64,000 bases of DNA from an uncultured Acidobacteriota bacterium (GTDB lineage: Bacteria; Acidobacteriota; Blastocatellia; RBC074): assembly GCA_963796275.1 (NCBI GenBank), contig CAWCKY010000003.1:1-64000 (forward strand), in the 5' to 3' direction. Below the pieces are notes generated by a model. It saw only the letters and a list, made by a program, of their open reading frames with translations, was not told the DNA's origin and did no database searches. The translations under genes and the position numbers were made by a program. Numbering within the stretch: the first letter of the stretch is position 1; each line of letters starts with the position of its first letter. Positions 51,305 through 63,168 of the stretch are shown piece by piece.

Positions 51305-51648
51305 AGGCTTCCTCCCAAGGGGTCGATGAATCGGGTCAGAATTTCAGATATCTGCCGCCAATTATCTTCTTCAGCCACAAGCTGCTTCCGCCCGGCACGC
51401 GTAATCGAGTAATACTTCGCCCGCCGGTTGTTTTCCGACACGCCCCACTTGGATGATATCCACCCCATCTGCTCGAGGTGCAAAAGAGCGGGATACATCG
51501 TCCCTTGATTGAGCTGAAAGCGGTCGGCGCTGATCTGCTCAATGCGCCTGGCGATCCCATAGCCATGCAGCGGCCCGAGAGTCTCCAGGGTTTTGAGGAT
51601 CATTAGATTGAGAGTCCCGGGAAGCACCTGGCTCTTATTCTGTTCCAT
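51301..51648 (-). CDS. PadR-family regulator (acidobacterial type)
   Basis: GTLNLMILKTL..GPLHGYGIA, GTMYPAL, ENNRRAKYY; overlaps the permease start. Confidence 0.95.
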   Translation of the reverse strand: MEQNKSQVLPGTLNLMILKTLETLGPLHGYGIARRIEQISADRFQLNQGTMYPALLHLEQMGWISSKWGVSENNRRAKYYSITRAGRKQLVAEEDNWRQISEILTRFIDPLGGSL

Positions 51649-52861
51649 TATTCCTCCTGTTGGTGAACAGCAGGAGAGTAAATCATATTCTGTCGGTAGT
51701 CAACACAAACGAGCGCGGTTCCCGTCGTAGCATGAAGGGAGTCAAAGTCCGGATTCAGACCGAAGTGAGCTCGTTCAGGAACGCTATATCGCCGGTCGTT
51801 GTGGAAATTGTTCTACGACATGGAGAGTTGGCTCAGTTAAATAGTATCCGGAGCCGCGGCTTGTAACCACCTGAAAATTGACACATTGGTGTTGGTGTTT
51901 GGTCTTATCTCGCAATGGTGGAATGAGTTGGGAAAGTGAACACATGGAGATTCCCGCAAAACCCTTTTAAGAGGGTGAGTCTTCGACCGTTCCCATGCTG
52001 AGGGGAGATCGTGCGCACGGTCTCCCTTCCGTGCTTCCATTACAGCCCAGTCAAGCCCTCTGTCGATCCACTCCCGATCACGCCTACTACTCATCTGCTC
52101 TTTTGGCTCGCGCTGAAACAACTAACCAATCTCAATCTCACCTCGTGGCGCAATGGAGTTGCAAACGTCAGAAACCGAAGGATCAGTTAATTTCAGTGTC
52201 GGGATATTGGATGCGCGTCTATCAACTATCATATTTACATTAATCACAGCGGTGAAAGTGGCGATTAATGCCTTAAAGACTTTTCAGCTCGTTTTTCCTG
52301 AGCGATTCGCGCTTGTCGGAATCGATGAGGAAATCAAGCAGTTAATGACTCAAGCCAATACCATTTTCAAAGCGTATGTGACAAGAATGGATTAAGCTGA
52401 CACGAGGTATCACTCGTTACAACGAATCACTCCATCTTCGCGACCCACAATCGGGAGGCTTACAAAGGAGTAATTCCTAAAGGGCGGCACGAAATCTGCG
52501 CGAGAGGCTCTGGGTTCACGAACATCATTCTTCTGCGTGTCGCTTTGTCGGGCGCTGGCGGCATTCGTGCCACTGCCAATGCAGACGTGTGAAAGCTGAG
52601 GCCGAGATAGAAGATAGGGCGGCGAGACAAAGGGCAAAATTTTGAGCGGACAGGATAGGATTGTCTCGTTTGAATATCTTCCTGATGGATAAGGACTTCG
52701 AGGGAGACGAAATCAAAACGGCTCCTTATTTTGAGCAGAATCTGTCTTTTTTTGTCTCGTTTGTCTTTTTTATTTGTCTCACTTGAATATCTTATTGATG
52801 GATAAGAACTTCGAACAAGACAGAGGAAGAAATATCCAACCATTGCAGAAACTGAAAATAA

Positions 52862-54500
52862 TTAATTCTCTATTTTTCTCAGCTGACAGTTCTCAATCGT
52901 AATCCCCAGTTTTTCTGCGGCAGTTACGGCCTTGTCGCACTTAGCCGAGTTGAGCAAGAAACTCTGAAGGTTAGCAACGATTTGATCCTGAATTCGTCTT
53001 TGCACGTCCTTGTGGCTGCTCTGTTTCAAGATTTCAATCTCTTCTCTTGATATATGGAGTAGGGGGATTACCTGAAGGTCCGGACCACGCCAGCGAAACT
53101 TGACCGTGAATCGGTCTCTTTTCACACGCACATCCCACCAACCATTGGATGCATCCGGCATCACGCTTTTGAGCCATTGCGAGTGTTGTTCGTCAGGTAA
53201 TTGCTTGTCAGATTGGGAGGTTGTCGCCTGGTCTTCTGTTTGGTCACCACTGGATTGCTCATCCTCTTGCCGTTCGACTTGCTCACCCCTAAGTTGCTCA
53301 CCCCTGGTTTGCTCACCCCCGAGATGTTCTATTTGCTCACTCCCAGGCTGCTCACCCCCAGTATTCTCAAATCGCTCACCCCTGGATTGCTTACCCCCAA
53401 CTGTGACTTTGGATTGTTGCTCACCATTATGACCTTCTGTCTGCTCACCCCCGATGGGCAGGCGTTCTAAAGGAAGTTCCGCCTGTGGTTCCTGGGCCGA
53501 CGGTTTAACTTCACCGGCAACAGTGGGGCGTTGTTCACTCCAATGGCTCTCCAACTGCCCATCCCCATCCTGCTCACCCCCGGAAGCCTGCATGAGTTGT
53601 TCTATATGCGCTAGGCCCAATTGCTCACCTTCTGCGGCTCGATTGTTTTGCGCCGGAGAACCAGCTTGAAGTTGAAGGTGACCCTCAAGCCCTGATTCCG
53701 CGTTCACCGGCGCTGTCGTTTTCCCTCGATGTTTGTCATTATTTGGCGAGGAACTTTCTTTGTCCGCACACGATAGATACAAAGGCTGTGGATCAGAAGT
53801 GATCTCCTTGTTCTGGTGGGTGGAGACGTAAAGGATATTCCGATTGTCCCGGAGTAATACATACGCCAGCCTCATACCATCAAGCCACCCTCTTACCTTT
53901 GCGGCGAGCGACAAAAATGGGCTGTCTCCCGCGGCTGCTCTTCGGATAGAGATGAGATCCTGCTCAACGGAGTCCGCCTTCAACTCGCGAACCCGATTCT
54001 CCGCCACAGAGTCATAATCACGCACGGTTGAAACTCCGATGAGCCCGAGCGCAAAATGAATCACCAGTGCCCATGCATTCCAACGGGTGAGTATCTCAGG
54101 CAACCGAATGCCTGTCACCCAGGCACAGAAGACCATCGCGTTCAAAATAATTGTTAATTGAATTGTGCGATAGCAAAGTTTGGCAGCGAATCGTTGCTTC
54201 CTCGATTTATATACCGTGAGCAATCCATGTCCTGAGGGTGAAGTAGAACCGCTCGACGAACCCCATAATAAGGAGGGCCAGCACGGACGCGCCAAACCAC
54301 CCGAGCCGGTCCCGGTGGGCAAAGGCATTAACATACCCGCTGGCGACCGCACTTAATGTGATTACACAAAGTTGGATCTGTCCCAGACTCTTCTCATTCC
54401 GCTGGTAATCGTCGCCGCCCGCGATCCGATCATAGATGTTAGCGATTCGTGCCCGGATCCCTGACGATCCGTCAGGCTGATTGAGGTTAAGCCTTAGCAT
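52862..54500 (-). pseudogene. Membrane protein with a GEQ-repeat region, frameshifted at ~54230
   Basis: MLRLNL start at 54500; hydrophobic segments in both frames; joins ORF 52862-54352. Confidence 0.6.
53240..53632. repeat. About 12 dispersed copies of TGCTCACCCC (encoding GEQ on the minus strand)
   Basis: Copies start at 53280, 53295, 53310, 53334, 53349, 53373, 53388, 53418, 53442, 53532, 53571 and 53622. Confidence 0.85.
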
Positions 54501-55011
54501 CTTTTTTCCCTTTCCGGATGGTTTCTCGCACTCTATCCAACAGTGCGGTAGCCTGCGCTTCCCATTCCCGCTGCAACGCCTGATACTTCGACTGAATCGT
54601 TTCCGGCGTCTGCTTGCCATTATTCGTACTGGATGTCTTGTGGTTCAAAAGCAGGTCCCTCGCGCCGTAGGCAGCCATGAAGATTTCAATCAGATAGCCA
54701 TGGTCCCGTCGCTTAACGTAGTCGAATTTATCGATAAATTCGTCGGCCTTCGCAGTGAGTTCATCGATGGCTTGTCGTAGGCCGTCGATCTTCGCCTCAA
54801 TAGTTCCTTCCTTTTCTGGTTGAGTAATGTCGCTTGCTCCCGTAGCAGCGCGGCGCATCTGCAACCATTCATCGAACGCATCACGCAACAGATCAGCCGG
54901 TTTACAGGGTTTTTCACCGCACAGTCTCATGAACTCTTCGTAGTTGTCCGCATACAACCGGGTCGATACTGAGTGCGGTGTGAGCAGGCGATGATGAGGA
55001 CTGTTCTTCAT
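54487..55011 (-). CDS. Probable ribbon-helix-helix relaxosome accessory protein
   Basis: SVSTRL (beta strand) followed by helices ..KPADLLRDAFDEW and a coiled coil; directly downstream of the relaxase. Confidence 0.55.
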   Translation of the reverse strand: MKNSPHHRLLTPHSVSTRLYADNYEEFMRLCGEKPCKPADLLRDAFDEWLQMRRAATGASDITQPEKEGTIEAKIDGLRQAIDELTAKADEFIDKFDYVKRRDHGYLIEIFMAAYGARDLLLNHKTSSTNNGKQTPETIQSKYQALQREWEAQATALLDRVRETIRKGKKDAKA

Positions 55012-55057
55012 AGTGACTTCCGTTCTTCTCCTTAAAAATGAGCCGTTCAAATCCGGC

Positions 55058-58000
55058 TTATCGCGCACGCCCCATGTTGAGCGATTGTGATTCACGCGCG
55101 TACGCCGCTTCTTCCCTGCGATGATTCGCGTGATCGTGTGCAGCCTGGCGATCCGGAGTTGCGTCGCGATCCGAGTTGATGAAGGCTATACATTGATCAC
55201 GCTCCCTCTCGGTCAGCCGATTAATATATCTATCGATTAACGCTTGCTCCTTCGACGAGAACTCCGGAGCGGGGAGCGGCTCCTGCCTGCCGTTTCTCCT
55301 TTCAGCGGCGACCGTTCCAGTAATTTCACGCGCTGCTTCGTAGTAGTCCTGATGCTTCTTGCCGTCACCTTGGAGGCGCTGTTCCTGGCGCTCCAATGCC
55401 TGCCCGACTGCTTCGTTGAGCCTAATGTCTGCAGGCGTCTCGATGCGATCGCGAATTATCTTTTCGATGAACGACTGCGGTTGTGTATCCAGAAACCTGT
55501 AAGTGAGCAGCCGCCCGTCAATCTCGACCTGGAGAGGTTGGACCTGCCGCGTCGCTTGAAAGTCTGCCTGGCTCTTGGCGCTCTCATGAAGGAAGACCTT
55601 CGCCGTCACCTCACGGCCACGGGCTCGCGCCAGCCGTTCATCCAGCGAGATGCGCTCCTTCGGATCGGCATAGCTATTGAATCGCCGTTCGAACGTATTG
55701 AATTGCTTGAGCAGGGCGGCGCTTCGCAGCGTGGCGGCATTGTCTTCCATTGTTTTCAATTCCTTGAGAGTAAACTGCGGCTCCGGCATCGCTTGTCCAG
55801 TTTGCGACCGGTGCTCAGATTCGCGCTCGCGGGCCTGGGAGAGGATCTCAACCAGTTTCTTCGTTTCTTCTACTTTGCCGGAAAGTTCATCCCGTTGTGT
55901 GGAGATCATTCCAACAACCGCCTCTCTGACTACCATCCATCGCTCGGCCTCGATGGCAGCCTCCTTGCGGCCAAAGATGTGGATTTCGCCATCATTGCCG
56001 AAGACGGTCGTCCTACCGAGTGCAGCCTCGATCTTGCGGTCCACGTCGGCAAGTGACATCTTTTCGTCGCTGATCTCACCCTGTCGCAAATGTTGCGGGA
56101 TCTCCCATTTCCGCAAGTGGCGCGTCTGGCCATACTTCTCCAGGCGATCTTCTCTGACTCGAAGGTCGGTTCTCGCGACAAACAACTGCGCCCGGAGACG
56201 GGCAGCCTCCACATCGGTGCGGGCAGGACGGTTGAACTCCTGGGACTGCGCGAGGCGTATCTTTTCAAGCGCCTCGGTCTGTCCGACCAATCCTCGGTTG
56301 ATGACCTCTTCCTGCACTTCGCTCAGGATCTGTCGATCGATAAATGGGGTAGGGGACGGCTCTCCGCATTTCAGGTACTTGCCGGTGACTGCCTGTGCGT
56401 CACCTCGAGCTGCCTCATAAGCATCCGTGGCTTTACCTGCTTCCTCTTCGCGTTTATCGATCAGGCTCATCTGGATACTGCGGTGTTCGGCCAAACTCTC
56501 TAAATGGTGGTCGAGGTCCGTCGATGTGACTGTCTGCTTGATCTGATGGCGGTCCTCCGCACGTTGGGCTAGGCTTTCATTGGCTGCCCTTACACCTCGA
56601 GCACCCGCCCGTTGCTCAATGTCGTGCGCAGACAGCTTGCGGGTCCCTTTAGTGCTTTCATCATGAATCCGAAAGCGGAATGTATGCCCGAAATCCCGGG
56701 CCAACTCATGATCGAACCTGGCGGACTCATATCGCGCTTCCGCGACGACTACCTCTCCAAGGGTCATTCTGTCGCGCATGATCTCTTCAGCGCGGGCCTT
56801 CTCGATCTCCGCCCGCAGGCCGTCGATCGTCTCAAAGCCGCGGTACAGCTCCTCACGGGTCTTCTGGGCATAGTCGTTGAGCTGCCGGTATTTTTCCCTG
56901 ACATGCGGTTCAAGTTTGTCCAATGCCTTTTGGGGGACTCGACCGTCTTTGTATCCGTCGATATTTTTCGAGCTGAACTCTTCTAACACCCGGGTTGCCA
57001 GTGCGGCGCGAGGCTGCACCTCCTCCTGGAGCTTGGCGATGGTCTCACTGAGTCTCACCGCCGTCTCGCTGGGCTGAGGATCGAGAACTTCCTGCGGGAA
57101 CGAGCTGCCCCCAGGCGAGATTGCGCGCCCGCAGGCGCAAGTCGGCCTGTTCCTCACGCGAGAGGTTCTGGCCGTCTCCACGCCGAGAGAGGGCTTCATC
57201 GGTCAATCGCCGGTCGATCTCGCCCAGGGCAGCTATGTATTCCTGGTATGACTTGCTCCCATGAGGGACTGCGCCAAAAGACACGGCCGCCCGCCTGAGC
57301 GCGAGTTTTCGAGTCGAGGTGGGCAGGACGCACCTTGCTCGGAAGCTCTCGCTTCGCCTTCTCGGCCAGAAGATAGATATCGTCTTTCTCATGACTCAGG
57401 AGTCGCTGGTGCATCGAATAAAGAGGGAGCCTGCTCGGGTTGGCCATCTCTTCCGGCGGATTGAGCAGGGCTGCCTGAAATTGGCGTACCGATTCAACAT
57501 CACGGCGGCGGTCCAGGTCTCCACGGATCGCTTTGTATGCTGGTGATTGAGGGAGCTTTCCCTCGCGTAATGCCTGCCGGCGGCTCTTCTCTCGGCAAAC
57601 CCCAGGTCTGCCGCAGTTCGATCATCTCAGGTGTGTAATGCGCTGGGGGACGGGCGTTAAAGAGCAATTCACGCTGCCATTCACTGACTGGCTTGCCCTG
57701 CTGCTCAATCCTGCTCATGAAAGCGTGGGCCACGCGGTTGAGTTCTTCGGGAGTGCGCGCCCCATCGAGCGCCTTGCGAGTGTCACGGAATATCTCCTTA
57801 TCATGGGTGAGGCGAGTTTCGTGGTCTCCCATTCGCTCACGGACGTAACTTTTGAGAAACACGGCGACCTTTACTCGATGATCGTATTCCTGCTCCGTCA
57901 GCCCGTTGATCAGCGGAGCGCCTTCCCGGCTGGTTCGGGTATGAAGCTGGAGCCTGGCTCCGCTTGCCATCTTATCGATCTGGTCATAAACGCGGATATT

Positions 58001-60499
58001 GCTTACCGGCAGTCGAGGGGCCTTTGGGTTGTTCGAGATGCTCACATAGAGTCTGCCATCAGTAATGGGGACATCAGGCAGCGAATGCCGGTCTCCACCC
58101 GGCCCGGAGACGTGCGGCTCCAGTCCCTCGATCAACCTCTCGACTCTCGCCTGGCGTCTCGCCAGGTAACCTCGGTCCCCCTGGATATCACGACCCTCGG
58201 CGGCGGCGAGCCTGGCTCGCAGTGCACGATTGTTCTCCAGTTCGCGCCCTTCGTTAACGGCGAGCGCCAGCATCGTGCTTCGTGCTTCGGCGATCTCACG
58301 CTGATCGGCCGGACGGACCAGCGATTCTTCCCGATCGAAGCCTGCCGCCTTCGATACACGGTTGAGCAGTTCGGATCTATCGGGGCGAACCAGTCGATTG
58401 ATATCCGAGACGATTCCGGGCGCCGGACGCTGGCCGGTCTTGTCGATGACATCATGGAGTGGGTCTCCTCGATCGATCCTGCGGTCGATTTCAGGGATCT
58501 GACGTTCGATCAGCCATTCCAGCGTTACTTCCCTCAGCCCTTCGGGAAAGCGCAGGCGTTCGGCCGTGAGGTTGACCTTGCGCGAGGTGGTATTGAACTG
58601 CCAGGCCGCGGCGTCCGCTTCGCGCTCATCGTAGGCGTCCCCGATCGCGAATTCTTCCTCAAGTACGTCCAACTCCTGCGCGTCATCAACAATGTCGTAA
58701 TCCGCAGTCGTTTCATCGAGTGAATGTTCCTCTTCTTCTTCCAGACCGCTTTCGGGTCCCGCTGCCTTATCGGATGAAACGACGCCGTGGCCCGCCACTT
58801 CGTCGAAACCGACGACGCTATGAACGATTTCGGTATGTTCCAGGGGCTCCGGGATATCTTTCCCCTCGGCCGTCTTCTGCATCTCCTCCAACGTCCGGTC
58901 GATAGCCTCAAGCCTACCCGCCTCATTACCGTGAGCCAGCTTGTGCCCCTTATCGTCCCTATCCAGTTTCCAGTAGTAGAGAGCGAAGACAGCCGTCTCT
59001 CTTTGCTGATCGGTATCCGGTCCGGCGATCTTCTGGGCCAGTGAGTAGAACTCTGCGGCCCGCTCATAATCTTGAATATACCTGTAGACGTGAGACGGCT
59101 CTGTCATCGACGGGATGAGATCGATGCTTACTCTCGTTTCGCGCTGCGCCATTTCCATGGCCATCGACCGCATCTCCGCCAGCACCCGATCGAGCGATTC
59201 GGCCCATTGCTGCTCATAATTTTCGCTGCGGCGATCAAGCGGACGCCCTTCCGCATCGCGCTCGAGCTGGTCGTGGAAGTACTGGAATATCTCGATTTCG
59301 GTCTTGGTATCGGCGGTCTCTCCGGCTATGGTGCGGGCCAGGGAATGAAACTCGGCGGCGAGCTTACGGTCCTCGATCTTGTCATGAGCGTGCGAGATCT
59401 GAATGACACGCAAGTGGTCGCGCTCGCCCGGAACCTGATGCTCCTCGGCGGGAATAATAAGCGTGTCACCTATGATCTTCGCGCCATCCTCGTAGAGGGC
59501 GCGCAAGGTTGGACTGTGTCTTCCCAACTCCCGGGACTGCTCGGCCTGGGTGCGATACTCGCTATCATCGAGACTCCGATCGCGGAGGGCGGTGCGAATA
59601 TCATCCCTTGGATTGAACCGCGCGTCCGGCTCGGGCTTCGGCCCACGCTCGATGAGCTCCATCGTCAAATCGCGCCCCCCACGCGAGCGGGCGCGAGAGG
59701 CGGTCTCAATCATGCGGTCGATCCAGAGCGAATCATTCTGTTTGGCCAACTCCTTTCTGGCCAATTCCCCACCCATCGCTATATCTTTTCGCAGTTGCCG
59801 GCTGCGAATTGCTTCCGGGCTTAGCGGCTTTTGTTCAAGCTTCAGTTTCTCTTGTATCTCCGGTGGAATCATGGCCGCCTCTTCTCTGGCGCGATCCGCT
59901 GTTCGCGCCCGCGTTTGCGCCCGGTCCAGTGCTGCGTTGAAATGTTCTCCGATCTCTCCGGCGACCGGCCGAATGACGCCGTCCGGGCCCCGCTCGCTGT
60001 GCGGCAGCATACGCTTAGGAAAGTTGCCGAGATTGCGGAAGTTGCCGCGTTTACGGCGACCGGTCTCGCGATCCGGGATCTTCTTGTGGATGGCTATGTG
60101 CAGGTGCGGGTTACCGGTATTGAGATGTATACCGGCGACCCATCGCCAGTCTGCTACCCCGAGACCGGCTCGCGTCTGCTCCATCGCCTCGCGGGCAACC
60201 TCTCGAAGCGCCTCTTTACGTTCCGTGTCATTTGCGCCGAGGGCTTCGAAGTTTTCCTCGCGAAAGCTGACCACGACGTGAAACAGGTCTTGCTTGCGGA
60301 GAGTTTTGCTCCCCTTGCTCAGGTATCGATTGGCCTCACGGTAGGTCCGGTCTTCCCCGCTCAGGTCGTCGCCCTTCTCCGAAAACAATTGACGTCGGTT
60401 GCCTTCACGCTCGCGAATGATCCCTTCTTCCGCGATGTAGCGCGTGAGGCGGGAGGCACCCTTTCCGACCATTGACTTGACCGAGACGACAACACGCAT
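55058..60499 (-). pseudogene. Very large HUH relaxase (MobP/MobL-like, ~1800 aa if repaired), frameshifted between ~57100 and 57600
   Basis: TRYIA (catalytic Tyr), FHVVVSF, GIHLNTGNPHLHIAI. Pieces 57500-60499, 57045-57447 and 55058-57199 overlap in different frames. Confidence 0.85.
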
Positions 60500-60510
60500 G
60501 ATCGATAGGG

Positions 60511-61035
60511 TTACTTTCTGGCCAGCTTGATCTGCGGTTGCTCGGTCATCCCCAACAGGCTCATCTCACCGTACTGTGGCACGCCTCGCAGCTTGCCGAT
60601 CTCGTCGAGAGAGAGCGGCGCGCCCTTCCAGCGCCGCATGCTGTCCGGGGAGAGCAACAGGAAGTGGGTTGATCCTTCATCGCGGCGTGGGCCTGTCGGG
60701 ATGATCCAGATCGTGCAGGTGGTTCCATCCACGGGATAGTAAATGTAGTAATAATTGGCTACGGAAAGACTGCGCCCATCGGCCCCGAAATCGGGACGGG
60801 TTTTGTGTTTCCACACTCTCGCTTCAAGCTCATGGAAGTCGGCGGGGAACCGCCCCGTTTGTCTGTGGTGCGTCCTGAGGGCTTTGACCATACTATCGAC
60901 GGCCAGGCGCGGCGCCTGTTCGCGCCATCGGCGAGATTCCATGGCAGCGTCCACCGCGTAGCTCACTACGATCGCCACGGCCGTCGCACCGAGCAGTGCG
61001 AATGAAACTCGTATCCGTCCCTTCGTGGTATTCAT
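60511..61035 (-). CDS. Hypothetical protein with an N-terminal TM helix and a pilin/GspG-like motif
   Basis: Hydrophobic N-terminus, then KALRTHHRQTGRFPADFHEL. Confidence 0.65.
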   Translation of the reverse strand: MNTTKGRIRVSFALLGATAVAIVVSYAVDAAMESRRWREQAPRLAVDSMVKALRTHHRQTGRFPADFHELEARVWKHKTRPDFGADGRSLSVANYYYIYYPVDGTTCTIWIIPTGPRRDEGSTHFLLLSPDSMRRWKGAPLSLDEIGKLRGVPQYGEMSLLGMTEQPQIKLARK

Positions 61036-61040
61036 CGCCT

Positions 61041-63026
61041 CTACTCCTCGTTAATCTGGTTCAGAACTGCTTTCCCGCCGCGTGGATATGAGGAGCTATT
61101 TGATGGCCGCTTCTCGGCCATCGAAAATAGCACGGCGTCTTCTGGGAAGAGTCGCACATCGCCCTCATCCGGACTCTGATCCAGATCGCCGTCAGACAGA
61201 GTGTCATCCGTATTGTGATTGCTCCCGGAAGTCGTCAGGTGAGTGGTCTCGCTCTCTCCCCCTTTGCCAGGCGCCGTTTCTGCCGACTCCGTCTCTCGTG
61301 CTGTCTCTGCTGCCTTTTCGGCCTCCGCCAGCGTTATCGGTATTGCCAGCTCGCGCGGCAGCACACGAGCGATCCGACCTCCCTTGGCGCACTCTGGAAA
61401 ACTGAATTTAACAGGCGGGGCCGATCCGATAATGGCGATCGCTTGGGTGTATTCAGCCATCTGCCGCAGTTCTGCGGGATCGATAAGGTCACGTCCGGTC
61501 TCGGCCAGCCGCTCGTTGTCATACGTGGACCCGGGCGCGTCGACATTTGTATGCTGCAGAACAGTGGTGCGCCCGATTCTCTTGACCGCATATTGAGCCG
61601 TTTCAGAATCCAATCCTGGGAGGAATATCTGCGTGCCGATTGAGCCTAAGATAGCCTGCGTGCCGTCCCTGCCGTGCTGCTTAAACAATTGCCCGACGTT
61701 CTGATAGCCCAACACCAGCGCGAAACGCCGGCCGCGCCCGACACCCAGGATCTCGCTGAGGTTGTGCAGAGGGATATTGCCCGCTTCATCAAGTGCGAGC
61801 AGGACGGGAGCGCCGGATTCCTCATGACTGGTTTTCCGCGCGACGCTGGCCACCAGCCCGAAGAGAATGGATAGGATGATCTTATATCGTGTTGCGTCGC
61901 CTTCAGGAATCACGACATAGATGGCCGTGCCGGGCTTGCGCAAATCATATAAATCGATCTCGCGCAGCCCGCGAGCCCGCTCTTCACCACTGACGGATTG
62001 CAGAACGGCCAAGGCATGGGGTGATCTGAAGGGATCGAGTTTCACTCCCAATCCGGTGAAGACTCCTCCCTGTGTCTTTTCCTTGTCGGCTTTTTTGAAA
62101 AGCCCCCAGTGGATTCTGGCCTCCCTATCAGGCGAGCGGGAGAGCTCATCGTCCGTTTCCTTCAAATCGCGATCGGCGATGAATTCGGCGATCTGTGCCG
62201 GCGTCGCGCTCTCAGCGATCTGCGGAAGGTGCAGCAGCAGCGCGGTCGCAAGTGCAGTCTCGGCTTGCTGCCAGAAGGGATCATAGTTGACGTGCTTGTT
62301 GGGGTCATAACCGACGATGATCGAGGCCACCTCGTGAGCCAACTCCGCGTCGCCCTTGCAGGCAGGTACGAAGTTCCACCTGTCGGAGTATTTCGGATCG
62401 GCCAGGTCGAGCCGGTAGACGTACCTGAAATGCTGTGCGGTGTATGCGAACAGCTCGCCCTTGGGGTCGAGGAAGATTGCCGAACCGTGTTGCGCCCAAT
62501 CTCGCGCGATCGACATAAAGAAGCTCGCCGATTTGCCGGCGCCAGGCGGGCCAAAGATCGCCGCATGGCGGAGGACCTGGTTGAGCGGCAATGCCAGATC
62601 GTGCCTGCGTGTGAGCCGGCCGATCCTCAGTGCGCCGGATGGTAATAAGCCACGCTTATCGTAAGCCAGTTTCAAGTCTTTGAGTGTTTTGACATCGGCC
62701 CAGCGTGCCGACCCGTGTGTGAGTCTTTGCGTGAGGCGGTAGTACGGAAGAGCGAGCGACATCGCTTCGGCCGCGCTGATCAGCAGGGCGACCGGCATAG
62801 CGATCAGCATGTAGTCGTGAATCTCGACGCCCACTCGCAGCAGGACATTGGCGAGATGCCACAGAAGACAGGCGGTGGTTATCCCGCAGGCGACGAGCAG
62901 CAGCCCCTGGCTGATATCGCGCATCAGGCGGGCGGCTGCCTGAAATGAATCGAGATGAAGTGCATCAGCCGGACGGGGGATGCGATAACGGGCGTCTATT
63001 CTTTTAAGAGACTGATCGAGCGACAT
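61041..63026 (-). CDS. virD4: Type IV coupling protein (VirD4/TraG family)
   Basis: Two TM helices, HGSARWA, GPPGAGKS, FLDPKGE, LALDEAGN, GYQNVGQL, IGRTT. Confidence 0.92.
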   Translation of the reverse strand: MSLDQSLKRIDARYRIPRPADALHLDSFQAAARLMRDISQGLLLVACGITTACLLWHLANVLLRVGVEIHDYMLIAMPVALLISAAEAMSLALPYYRLTQRLTHGSARWADVKTLKDLKLAYDKRGLLPSGALRIGRLTRRHDLALPLNQVLRHAAIFGPPGAGKSASFFMSIARDWAQHGSAIFLDPKGELFAYTAQHFRYVYRLDLADPKYSDRWNFVPACKGDAELAHEVASIIVGYDPNKHVNYDPFWQQAETALATALLLHLPQIAESATPAQIAEFIADRDLKETDDELSRSPDREARIHWGLFKKADKEKTQGGVFTGLGVKLDPFRSPHALAVLQSVSGEERARGLREIDLYDLRKPGTAIYVVIPEGDATRYKIILSILFGLVASVARKTSHEESGAPVLLALDEAGNIPLHNLSEILGVGRGRRFALVLGYQNVGQLFKQHGRDGTQAILGSIGTQIFLPGLDSETAQYAVKRIGRTTVLQHTNVDAPGSTYDNERLAETGRDLIDPAELRQMAEYTQAIAIIGSAPPVKFSFPECAKGGRIARVLPRELAIPITLAEAEKAAETARETESAETAPGKGGESETTHLTTSGSNHNTDDTLSDGDLDQSPDEGDVRLFPEDAVLFSMAEKRPSNSSSYPRGGKAVLNQINEE

Positions 63027-63168
63027 CTTGCGTTCTCTGTTATTCCTCGAAGCGGACCGGTGAGAATCTGTTGAGAAGTTCTTGCTGAAGCGGCGACGGT
63101 TGCCTGCGTGCTACCTGTTTCACCATAAGTGTTTGCTTCAATTCTTCCGATTCAGTGACCGTCCAGCA

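Noticed and set aside
53240-53632. CRISPR array
   Set aside because: Repeats are only ~10 bp, spacing is short and irregular, they lie in frame in an ORF, and no cas genes are present.
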